Shown piece after piece: positions 1 to 6,588 of a DNA stretch of 64,000 nucleotides. The stretch comes from Clostridia bacterium (lineage in GTDB: Bacteria > Bacillota > Clostridia > Oscillospirales > CAG-272). The stretch covers positions 519 through 64,518 of the forward strand of contig CAAGGQ010000230.1 of the NCBI GenBank assembly GCA_900769475.1. The letters run 5' to 3'. The notes under the pieces are model-generated. The model had not been told where the DNA came from. It saw only the letters and a program-made list of their open reading frames with translations, and ran no database searches. Every line of letters starts with the position of its first letter. Position 1 is the stretch's first letter. Both the position numbers and the translations under genes were made by a program.

Positions 1-2
1 GG

Positions 3-191
3 AAACTATTGATCGACAAGGATATGAAAAAGAAAGACCTTTGCAAGAGCGCAAAGGTTAGTACAGCTACTCTGTCAAAAATGAATAGGGGAGAGTGCGT
101 GAACACAGATGTTCTTTTGAGAATATGTGTTGCACTTCAATGTGAGCCCTCGGATATTATGGAGATCGTCGAGGTTCAAGAAAGGGCATAA
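3..191 (+). CDS. XRE-family helix-turn-helix transcriptional regulator; the 5' end is probably cut by the window edge
   Basis: Translation KDLCKSAKVSTATLSKMNRGECVNTDVLLRICVALQCEPSDIMEI has the typical Cro/C1 HTH layout. The frame stays open to base 3, and the listed start at 9 is TTG. Confidence 0.6.
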   Translation, partial: KLLIDKDMKKKDLCKSAKVSTATLSKMNRGECVNTDVLLRICVALQCEPSDIMEIVEVQERA

Positions 192-272
192 CAACTGATG
201 AGAATAAATGATACTAAATTTGATTTATGTTAAACGGATATAATGCTGAGTAAAAATTTTGGAGGTGGAAAA

Positions 273-2123
273 ATGTCAGATTCCAAAAACAAATTTCAAA
301 TATTTAAAAAAAGATATTTTCCGATCGTTGGAATTTTGTTTTTAATTTTGCTTGCCGTTTTTTTGCTATGGTTCAATAATAGCGCCAGCCTGCAAGCCGA
401 ACCGGCTTTAATAGCGCAGGTGTATTTTGATGGCGAGTATCGAATTGAGGACGGTGAGTGGCATAAGATAGTGAAGGATGAACATATTCCGGCTACAAAA
501 GGTGATGTCACCTTACGAGGCAATTTTCATATGCTTGATCCGGAAGGCGGGTATGTTGGTATTTATAGAGGAGACTTGCCGATTGCATTCTATACAAATC
601 ATATTAATTTAACATTTTTTGAGGGGGAGAACGAACCCTTTGTTATTGATATGGAAAACCCTTTGTACGGAGATTCCGTATGCGGTGAAGGCTGGTCTGC
701 TTGCTTCCTTACAAGTGAAAGTGAGGAGCAGGTTGAGATCCTCGTTCATAATCCTCACAGCTATGGAAACGAAACCGCCATCGACGAAATGCTTTCCTCG
801 ATGGCTTTTTGGACAGGGATTGAGTTCGAAAAGGGCGTTTTGAGCAGAGGTGAGCCACAGAGAAATGCGGGGATGCTATTGATGCTCATTTCTATCGTGT
901 TCCTCGGTATTGCATTGTTTTCAAGTCTAATACACATAAAAAATAATAAAATCGTTTGGTTGCTCGGAGCAGTGGTTTTGTTTGCAGGCTCCTACGTTGC
1001 ATACAGCGCGGACGGCGTTTCATTTTGGAGTGAATCAATCGTGACCAACACTACAATCTTGGGAGCGTCAATGATGTTCTATATGCTGTTCCTCTTGATG
1101 ATTGTCGCACATCTGTTGAAAACAACGAAAAAGATTGCTAACTGTACGATGATTATTTTGGGCGCGGCAAACGCAGTATTCTTTATTTTACCGATGATAA
1201 CCGATGTGTACTTTTACAATACGTGGATTTGGTGGATTGCTATGCAGCTTATGGCAAACATTGTGTTTGTAGCTTGTTTGATAAAAGAGCTGATAACCAT
1301 AAATGGAAAAGAACGCTGGCTATATATTAGTGTCTTTCTTCCTTTACTCGCTTTTGCCGGTGACATTATTGGAACGTGGCTGGGGGCTTGGCAGGGCGGT
1401 GTTATTTCCCAATATGTTTTTGTTGTTTTATTTGCCGTAGCAATGATTATGATTCTCAAGCTAATTCCTCACAGCATAAATGTAGCTACCAAGGCAAAAG
1501 AGCTTGAGATGGAAAAAATAGTTCTTAACGCAGAGCTTGCCGAGAGTAGAATCTCTACGATGATAAGCCAGATCCGACCTCACTTTATTTATAATACGCT
1601 TGGCAGCATTGAGCAGCTATGTAAGCTGGATCCTCCAAAGGCGGGAGATCTTGTGCACAACTTTGCCAAATATCTCCGAGGCAATTTCGGGGAACTCGAT
1701 AATCCCAAACCAATTTTAATGTCGAAGGAAATGGAGCACGTACACCACTACATCAGTATTGAAAACGTGCGATTTCCGGATATGACCTTCACGTTTGAAA
1801 TGAATTCCGAGGACTTCCACATCCCTGCGCTGACAGTTCAGCCAATCGTTGAAAATGCGATCAAGCACGGCTTAATGAAGCTTCCACGAGGCGGAACAAT
1901 TCACGTGGTTTCCTACGAGACCGAAACGGATTACTGCATTTCAGTGGTAGACGACGGTGTAGGATTTGATACGAGTGCGCTGATAGATGAGAGAAAGCAC
2001 GTGGGACTTCGCAACATTCGTGAACGACTTAAGGTGATGGTAAACGGTAAGCTGGAGATTGAAAGCACCGTAGGTGTCGGTACCAAGGTGTTGGTAACTA
2101 TTCCAAAGGAGGTGAGCAGATGA
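273..2123 (+). CDS. Sensor histidine kinase: N-terminal TM, about 170-aa extracellular domain, multi-TM block (7TMR-DISM-like), LytS/YesM-type His_kinase and HATPase_c
   Basis: RPHFIYNTLGSI (phospho-acceptor His box), QPIVENAIKHG (N box), DDGVGFD and GLRNIRERL (G boxes). About 7 hydrophobic helices lie between residues 200 and 410. GGAGG sits 7 nt before the ATG at 273, so it is preferred over the track start at 243. Confidence 0.85.
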   Translation: MSDSKNKFQIFKKRYFPIVGILFLILLAVFLLWFNNSASLQAEPALIAQVYFDGEYRIEDGEWHKIVKDEHIPATKGDVTLRGNFHMLDPEGGYVGIYRGDLPIAFYTNHINLTFFEGENEPFVIDMENPLYGDSVCGEGWSACFLTSESEEQVEILVHNPHSYGNETAIDEMLSSMAFWTGIEFEKGVLSRGEPQRNAGMLLMLISIVFLGIALFSSLIHIKNNKIVWLLGAVVLFAGSYVAYSADGVSFWSESIVTNTTILGASMMFYMLFLLMIVAHLLKTTKKIANCTMIILGAANAVFFILPMITDVYFYNTWIWWIAMQLMANIVFVACLIKELITINGKERWLYISVFLPLLAFAGDIIGTWLGAWQGGVISQYVFVVLFAVAMIMILKLIPHSINVATKAKELEMEKIVLNAELAESRISTMISQIRPHFIYNTLGSIEQLCKLDPPKAGDLVHNFAKYLRGNFGELDNPKPILMSKEMEHVHHYISIENVRFPDMTFTFEMNSEDFHIPALTVQPIVENAIKHGLMKLPRGGTIHVVSYETETDYCISVVDDGVGFDTSALIDERKHVGLRNIRERLKVMVNGKLEIESTVGVGTKVLVTIPKEVSR

Positions 2124-2893
2124 TAGCAATAGCAGTGGATGATGAAGCATTGATGCTGGGCGCTTTGGTATCAGCCATCGAGGCATCGCCCGATATTACA
2201 GAGGTCGCAAAGTTTTCCGACTGTGAAGAGGCACTTGCGTTTGTTCAAAACCACCCCACAGATATTGCCTTTTTGGATATCAATATGCGTGGTATGGGGG
2301 GACTTGCGCTTGCGAAAAGAATTATCGCGTCCTGCCCAAATTGTAAGATCGTATTTTGCACCGGATATGAAGAATACGCCATTCCCGCGTTCAAGCTTCA
2401 CGCTTCGGGGTATTTGATGAAGCCGATTGCGGCGGAAGACGTACAGGGTGAGATTGACAATATTAAAGGAATTCATCAAAAGGCAAAGCTACTTACCGTG
2501 AAATGCTTCGGTAATTTTGAGGTTTACGCGAAAAACGAAGTGCTTGTTTTCAAACGTTTAAAGACGAAGGAGCTATTTGCATTTCTCGTAGACCGAAACG
2601 GAGCGGGAATGACGGCAAAGCAAATATGTGCAGTACTGTTTCCGGACGATACGGATGATACGAAGAATTCGGCGTATCTTCGTCAGCTTATAATGGACTT
2701 GAAGAACACCTTAAAGGCGGTTGGTGCGGAGAGCGTTTTGTGTCACGAGACTCCTTGTTACCGTGTTGATACCGATCTGATCAAGTGTGATTATATTAGT
2801 TATATTGAAACCGGCAAGCCTGATTTTCACGGTGAATATATGACACAGTACAGTTGGGCAGAGGAAACCTGCGCCATGCTTCTATTTAAATAA
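2120..2893 (+). CDS. Response regulator: REC domain plus SARP/OmpR-like winged-helix DNA-binding domain
   Basis: The N-terminus IAVDDE...DIAFLDINMRGMGG...GYLMKP is a receiver domain. The C-terminus KCFGNFEVY...KTKELFAFLVDRNGAGMTAKQICAVLFPD...YLRQLIMDLKNTL...CYRV resembles SARP-type wHTH. ATGA start/stop overlap with the kinase gene. Confidence 0.85.
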   Translation: MIAIAVDDEALMLGALVSAIEASPDITEVAKFSDCEEALAFVQNHPTDIAFLDINMRGMGGLALAKRIIASCPNCKIVFCTGYEEYAIPAFKLHASGYLMKPIAAEDVQGEIDNIKGIHQKAKLLTVKCFGNFEVYAKNEVLVFKRLKTKELFAFLVDRNGAGMTAKQICAVLFPDDTDDTKNSAYLRQLIMDLKNTLKAVGAESVLCHETPCYRVDTDLIKCDYISYIETGKPDFHGEYMTQYSWAEETCAMLLFK

Positions 2894-2900
2894 CGATCAA

Positions 2901-2937
2901 AGAGCGGCAGAAAAATTTTCTGTCGCTCTTGCTTTTT
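2901..2937 (+). terminator. Intrinsic terminator of the kinase/regulator operon
   Basis: 10-bp stem agagcggcag/ctgtcgctct (one G-U pair), 9-nt loop, followed by tgcttttt. Confidence 0.6.
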
Positions 2938-2970
2938 GTAACATCTTTGTAATGCCTGTGGTAGTATAAT
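2935..2970 (+). promoter_or_regulatory. Box-A promoter: TTTGTAACATC-TTTGTAATGCC, 8 nt, TATAAT
   Basis: Tandem 11-bp-phased direct repeat in place of a -35, followed by a consensus -10 at 2965-2970. Same architecture as 4926-4961 and 5014-5048. Confidence 0.45.
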
Positions 2971-2976
2971 GTATCT

Positions 2977-3221
2977 ATGGACAGAAAAAATTAACAATAT
3001 TACATGCCAACGACTTTCACACTCAGATCAGCTTTAAGATAGCAAAGGACCATACCCCTCGTGGGGGGGGGGATTTCATTGCTTTCAGGATATATAAAAA
3101 AGTTCGCAGTACTGATACTAACGGGGGGGAAAAGAAAAATACGAGAACATTCAAAAGATATGCACCTCCAAAAAAAGATCGTTTTTTGGGGTGCATATCA
3201 ACTGGGGTTCTCGTGTTTTTT
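2977..3221 (+). ncRNA. Candidate ORF-less transcript (about 245 nt) between the box-A promoter and a strong hairpin terminator
   Basis: Bounded by a promoter-like element and a terminator. No ORF with a Shine-Dalgarno sequence. Contains G10 (3063-3072) and G7 (3123-3129) tracts. Confidence 0.3.
3141..3221. terminator. Long bidirectional hairpin terminator shared by the candidate transcript (+) and the GGDEF gene (-)
   Basis: Inner stem gatatgcacc (3157-3166) pairs with ggtgcatatc (3190-3199) and is extended by A7/T6 pairing. Outer stem acgagaac/gttctcgt. T6 run at 3216-3221 on + and a U-rich tract on -. Confidence 0.6.
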
Positions 3222-4797
3222 AGTTGTTTAAAGCTTTCATGATTCTTTTATCTTTGTACATTTCGCGATCTGCGCGCTCAAAAACGTTTGAAAAATGAGT
3301 ATCCTTTTCGGGATCAAATTCGGAAAACCCCTTAGCAATACTTATGGGAAGCGTTACGTTGTTTTTATCTACGTAAGTCATTGCGCATTCCAAATCCAAT
3401 TTTGCAAGCAGCTTTTCCTTATCTTCCAGATCTTTGTTTTGGAGGAGTACCAGAAATTCATCGCCGCCGATTCTGAACACAGGACTTCTTTTGAATGTCT
3501 CGGAAATAACTCGGGAAGCGGTTACGATGAGCTCGTTGCCAAAGATATGGCCGTATGTATCATTGATTTCTTTGAGGCCGTTTATATCAAGGACTACAAC
3601 ACCGAATGAAACACCCCCTGCTTCAATTTTTCTATCAAATTCAATTCCCCACTCTTTGAAGGAGGTAGTGTTTCTCAATCCCGTCAATGAGTCACGGTGT
3701 ACAAGACGGTGTTGAAGGGTTTTATGCTCGCGCAAATTCACGATCATATTTTCAAACGCGGTGCTAAGCAAATTGATCTCCCGTATGTTGCTATAAGTGA
3801 TTTCAACGTCGTAATCTCCCTTTGATAGCATAACCGAGGCATCGGTCAATTTTTTTAATGGGTTTACGATCTTTTTGACCATAAAAATTACAAGCAAAGA
3901 AAATACAAAAGCAAATAAAAGAACGATAAACAGTATCTTGTAAGCTATTTCATAACGTATCTGCCTTATATCATCGTAGCTGGCGGAGAGAACAAGCGTC
4001 ATTCCGTTAGCCAAATCCGCTGATACTCGCAGATATTCTTCCGCATTGTCGCACAAGTTTGTAATACTCGCACTTTCGGTACCGTTATGTATTACAACAT
4101 TGTTCAGCTCAAGGTGCGCAAATCCGTTCTCATAAATTTTGATCCTTTGAACTATTTTGATTAAAACCGTGTAATCAAAATCCATACCCACAACGCCGAT
4201 AAACAAATTTTCGTGATATAGGGGTACAACATAGGAGATCATCAGGATGTTGTTGTTTTGATTGTAGTACGGAGCCATCCAAACGGGCTTACCCGCTTCA
4301 TAAGGCTGCCAATACCATCCGACGTGCTCAGTATCTTCTTTATCGTAAAGGGAAAGATCTGTAGGTGCAAAGCGGACGTAGTCATCGCCACCGTCTATTT
4401 TACTGTAGAACACACCGGCTGTGCTGTCCGATATGGCGGGATTTAAGCGCAAATAGTAGGCAATTGCACCCTTCGTATCTTTTGCTACGTTAACAAACAT
4501 TTTATCCGCAAATTGAATGGCTTCATTTTGCTTGTCTCGGTTTCTGATGTCTGCTGCGCTGTCAAAAAATGACAGCATGTAGTTTTCCATAATCCTTACC
4601 GATTTTTCCATATCTCCAAAGGTATTATTGATCTTTGTTGCTTCGTTTTCGCACATGACTTCTATAAGATTTTGTGTTTGGTTTTGAATATATTTGTCCA
4701 CCTCATAAATACTGAATCCACCCACAAAAACCGTGACAGTCAGTATTGCGGACATGACGATTATAAGAAATCTAAACTGTAAAGAATGTTCTTTCAT
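3220..4797 (-). CDS. Sensor diguanylate cyclase (N-terminal TM, Cache-like periplasmic domain, TM, HAMP, GGDEF)
   Basis: RIGGDEF active-site motif, preceded by DSLTGLRN and VVVLDINGLKEINDTYGH. Two TM segments flank an about 270-aa extracytoplasmic domain. SD AAGGGAGAG lies upstream of the ATG. Confidence 0.9.
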   Translation of the reverse strand: MKEHSLQFRFLIIVMSAILTVTVFVGGFSIYEVDKYIQNQTQNLIEVMCENEATKINNTFGDMEKSVRIMENYMLSFFDSAADIRNRDKQNEAIQFADKMFVNVAKDTKGAIAYYLRLNPAISDSTAGVFYSKIDGGDDYVRFAPTDLSLYDKEDTEHVGWYWQPYEAGKPVWMAPYYNQNNNILMISYVVPLYHENLFIGVVGMDFDYTVLIKIVQRIKIYENGFAHLELNNVVIHNGTESASITNLCDNAEEYLRVSADLANGMTLVLSASYDDIRQIRYEIAYKILFIVLLFAFVFSLLVIFMVKKIVNPLKKLTDASVMLSKGDYDVEITYSNIREINLLSTAFENMIVNLREHKTLQHRLVHRDSLTGLRNTTSFKEWGIEFDRKIEAGGVSFGVVVLDINGLKEINDTYGHIFGNELIVTASRVISETFKRSPVFRIGGDEFLVLLQNKDLEDKEKLLAKLDLECAMTYVDKNNVTLPISIAKGFSEFDPEKDTHFSNVFERADREMYKDKRIMKALNN

Positions 4798-4925
4798 GAT
4801 CTACTCTCCCTTTCCTACCATTGTATCGCAATCAACGGGAATAGTTGATGTATTTATTTCTACCATGGAATGCATCTTTTGTTCACATTTGTTTTGAAAT
4901 GTGGTTGGAAATTTGTTTACCTTAT

Positions 4926-4961
4926 ATATTAACATATCGAGCGTTACAAATGTGTTACAAA
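4926..4961 (-). promoter_or_regulatory. Box-B promoter of the GGDEF gene: TTTGTAACACA-TTTGTAACGCT, 8 nt, TAATAT (read on the minus strand)
   Basis: Same tandem box and same 8-nt gap to the -10 as box A. TGn extended -10 (TGTTAATAT). Predicted 5' UTR of about 120 nt. Confidence 0.45.
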
Positions 4962-4963
4962 CT

Positions 4964-5005
4964 TTCGAAAAATCGAAATATTTGAAAAAATGAAAAAAGT
5001 CGAAA
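4964..5005. repeat. Five phased T(C/T)GAAA A-tract repeats between the divergent box-B and box-C promoters
   Basis: tcgaaa 4965, tcgaaa 4973, ttgaaa 4982, tgaaaa 4991, tcgaaa 5000. Spacing is 8-9 bp. Confidence 0.4.
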
Positions 5006-5013
5006 GCCTTAAT

Positions 5014-5048
5014 TTTGTAACACCTTTGTAACACGTGGGGGTACTAAT
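5014..5048 (+). promoter_or_regulatory. Box-C promoter: TTTGTAACACC-TTTGTAACACG, 7 nt, ACTAAT
   Basis: Third copy of the tandem box. The -10-like hexamer is weaker and 1 nt closer than in boxes A and B. Confidence 0.4.
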
Positions 5049-5066
5049 GTGTTTCAGGAGAAACCG

Positions 5067-5102
5067 ATGAAAACACTTTACTACGATTATGAATATAAAT
5101 GA
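5067..5102 (+). CDS. Candidate 11-aa ORF MKTLYYDYEYK
   Basis: AGGAGA (5056-5061) lies 5 nt upstream of the ATG. It sits between the box-C promoter and the terminator at 5178-5235. Too short for any statistical or homology support. Confidence 0.25.
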   Translation: MKTLYYDYEYK

Positions 5103-5177
5103 GTATCTAACAGGCAGATATCTCCTTCAAGCGCCCGAGATCCTCCGCTTGACCGAGGAGCGCATGAAAGAACGATT

Positions 5178-5235
5178 TCCCCCGACGCATTTGTCAAGGA
5201 ATGATGATGCGTCGGGGGATTTCTTTTTATTTTTA
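5178..5235 (+). terminator. Strong intrinsic terminator
   Basis: 13-bp perfect stem tcccccgacgcat/atgcgtcggggga, followed by tttctttttattttt. Confidence 0.75.
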
Positions 5236-5264
5236 TTGCAAAGGGGAGGGGAATGTGGTATAAT
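5236..5264 (+). promoter_or_regulatory. SigA-type promoter of the histidine phosphatase gene
   Basis: TTGCAA, 17 nt, TGgTATAAT (extended -10). Confidence 0.55.
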
Positions 5265-5295
5265 AGAGTGAAACTAGGAGAGAAGGAAGTTTACC

Positions 5296-5940
5296 ATGCA
5301 AACCACCCTATATTTGATCCGCCACGGAGAATCCGAGGCCAACCGCAGAAACACCTTTTTGGGCCATTACGACCTGGGCTTGACCGATACCGGACATCGG
5401 CAGGCCGAGATCACCGCGGCGTATTTGGTTGAACATCTTTGCCCGGACGCCATCTATTCCAGCGACCTTTCCAGAGCCTATCAAACGGCATGCCCTGCGG
5501 CCGAGCACTTTGGGTTGCCCATTCACAAGGATCCGGCACTTCGAGAGATTATGGCGGGCAAGTGGGAGAATGTTCCCTTTGCCGAAATTGCCGTGCGCTA
5601 TCGAGAGAGCTACCACACCTGGCTGACTGATATTGGAAACGCTCATCCCGATGAAGGCGAAAGCGTTCTGGCGCTGCAGGAGCGCATCGTTGCCGCCGTG
5701 ACCCGCATTGCCATGGCACATCCCGGAAAAACAGTGCTGATCTTTACCCACGCCACTCCCGTGCGCGTGCTGGCGGCGCATTGCCAAAACACGCCAATGA
5801 ATGAAATCAAGGACATCCCCTGGGTCACCAATGCGTCGGTTACCAAGGTGGTTTTTGACGGAGAAAAACTCTCCCTGGCCGACTACGGACGGGATGATTT
5901 TATGGGCAGCATGACCACGCGGCTGGCCGACAACGTTTGA
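5296..5940 (+). CDS. Histidine phosphatase family protein (phosphoglycerate mutase / alpha-ribazole phosphatase-like)
   Basis: The N-terminal LIRHGESEAN catalytic RHG motif and later THATPVR are typical of the dPGM/CobC branch. Confidence 0.85.
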   Translation: MQTTLYLIRHGESEANRRNTFLGHYDLGLTDTGHRQAEITAAYLVEHLCPDAIYSSDLSRAYQTACPAAEHFGLPIHKDPALREIMAGKWENVPFAEIAVRYRESYHTWLTDIGNAHPDEGESVLALQERIVAAVTRIAMAHPGKTVLIFTHATPVRVLAAHCQNTPMNEIKDIPWVTNASVTKVVFDGEKLSLADYGRDDFMGSMTTRLADNV

Positions 5941-5960
5941 GGGAAAGGATCTAAAGAATT

Positions 5961-6521
5961 ATGGCAAAGATCCATCCTTGGTTGCATTTTAAAACCGTCA
6001 CCCGTCATCGGCACCGGGTCATTGCCCATTGCCGTCGTGCAGGCATTGGTTGGCAGGGATTGCTTCACGATCTTTCCAAATACTCCATGACCGAATTTCT
6101 GCCCGGGATGCGCTATTACCAGGGGACAAGTAGCCCCAACGAGCGGGAGCGCGAGTTGTTTGGCTATTCCGCCGCCTGGCTCCATCACAAGGGACGCAAT
6201 CGACACCATTTTGAATACTGGAACGATCTGAATCCAAAAACCAAGATGTACGAGCCGGTTCCCATGCCAGTGCGTTACGTAAAGGAAATGTTTTGCGATC
6301 GCGTGGCCGCCAGCAAGATCTACCAGGGCAAGAATTATACCGATCAACACCCGCTGGAGTACTTTCTTCGAGGAAACGCCCGCAAAAAGATGCATCCTTC
6401 CACCGCCGATCTGCTGGAGGAATGGCTGCGCATGTTGGCCGAGCAGGGCGAGCCGGTAACCTTTGCCCACATCAAGAAGATCTCCAACCAAATGCAATAT
6501 TCCAAGAATGCGGAGGAATGA
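5961..6521 (+). CDS. Conserved hypothetical protein with an HD-like motif (resembles the DUF5662 family)
   Basis: LLHDLSKY and WLHHKGRNRHHFEYW histidine-rich motifs. The family assignment is from memory only. Confidence 0.45.
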   Translation: MAKIHPWLHFKTVTRHRHRVIAHCRRAGIGWQGLLHDLSKYSMTEFLPGMRYYQGTSSPNERERELFGYSAAWLHHKGRNRHHFEYWNDLNPKTKMYEPVPMPVRYVKEMFCDRVAASKIYQGKNYTDQHPLEYFLRGNARKKMHPSTADLLEEWLRMLAEQGEPVTFAHIKKISNQMQYSKNAEE

Positions 6522-6588
6522 ATTTTCTCTGCAATCAAGAAACCCGCGACCCCGTAAAATATCCACGGAGTCGCGGGCTTCATTTCAT

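Noticed and set aside
2971-3219. c-di-GMP riboswitch next to the GGDEF gene
   Set aside because: I could not find the conserved GEMM-I/II core elements by eye, and the element is convergent with the cyclase gene rather than upstream of it. A covariance-model scan is needed for certainty.
3061-3231. 56-codon GTG-initiated ORF beginning at the G10 tract
   Set aside because: The putative SD is poorly placed (12 nt away). The ORF runs through the terminator hairpin and into the convergent GGDEF gene. It is mentioned only because G-tract length changes would shift its frame.
4801-5034. 77-aa minus-strand ORF upstream of the GGDEF gene
   Set aside because: It begins upstream of the predicted GGDEF promoter and covers the A-tract repeats and the 5' UTR. 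It has no SD, and its sequence is AT-rich with a low-complexity translation.
5089-5271. 60-aa plus-strand ORF (MNINEYLTGRYLL...)
   Set aside because: It has no SD. It reads straight through the strong terminator hairpin (5178-5235) and the next gene's promoter, so a transcript ending at the terminator would lack its stop codon.
5103-5295. Cobalamin or another known riboswitch ahead of the histidine phosphatase (CobC-like) gene
   Set aside because: I could recognise no B12-box or other conserved riboswitch core. An independent promoter sits between the terminator and the gene.
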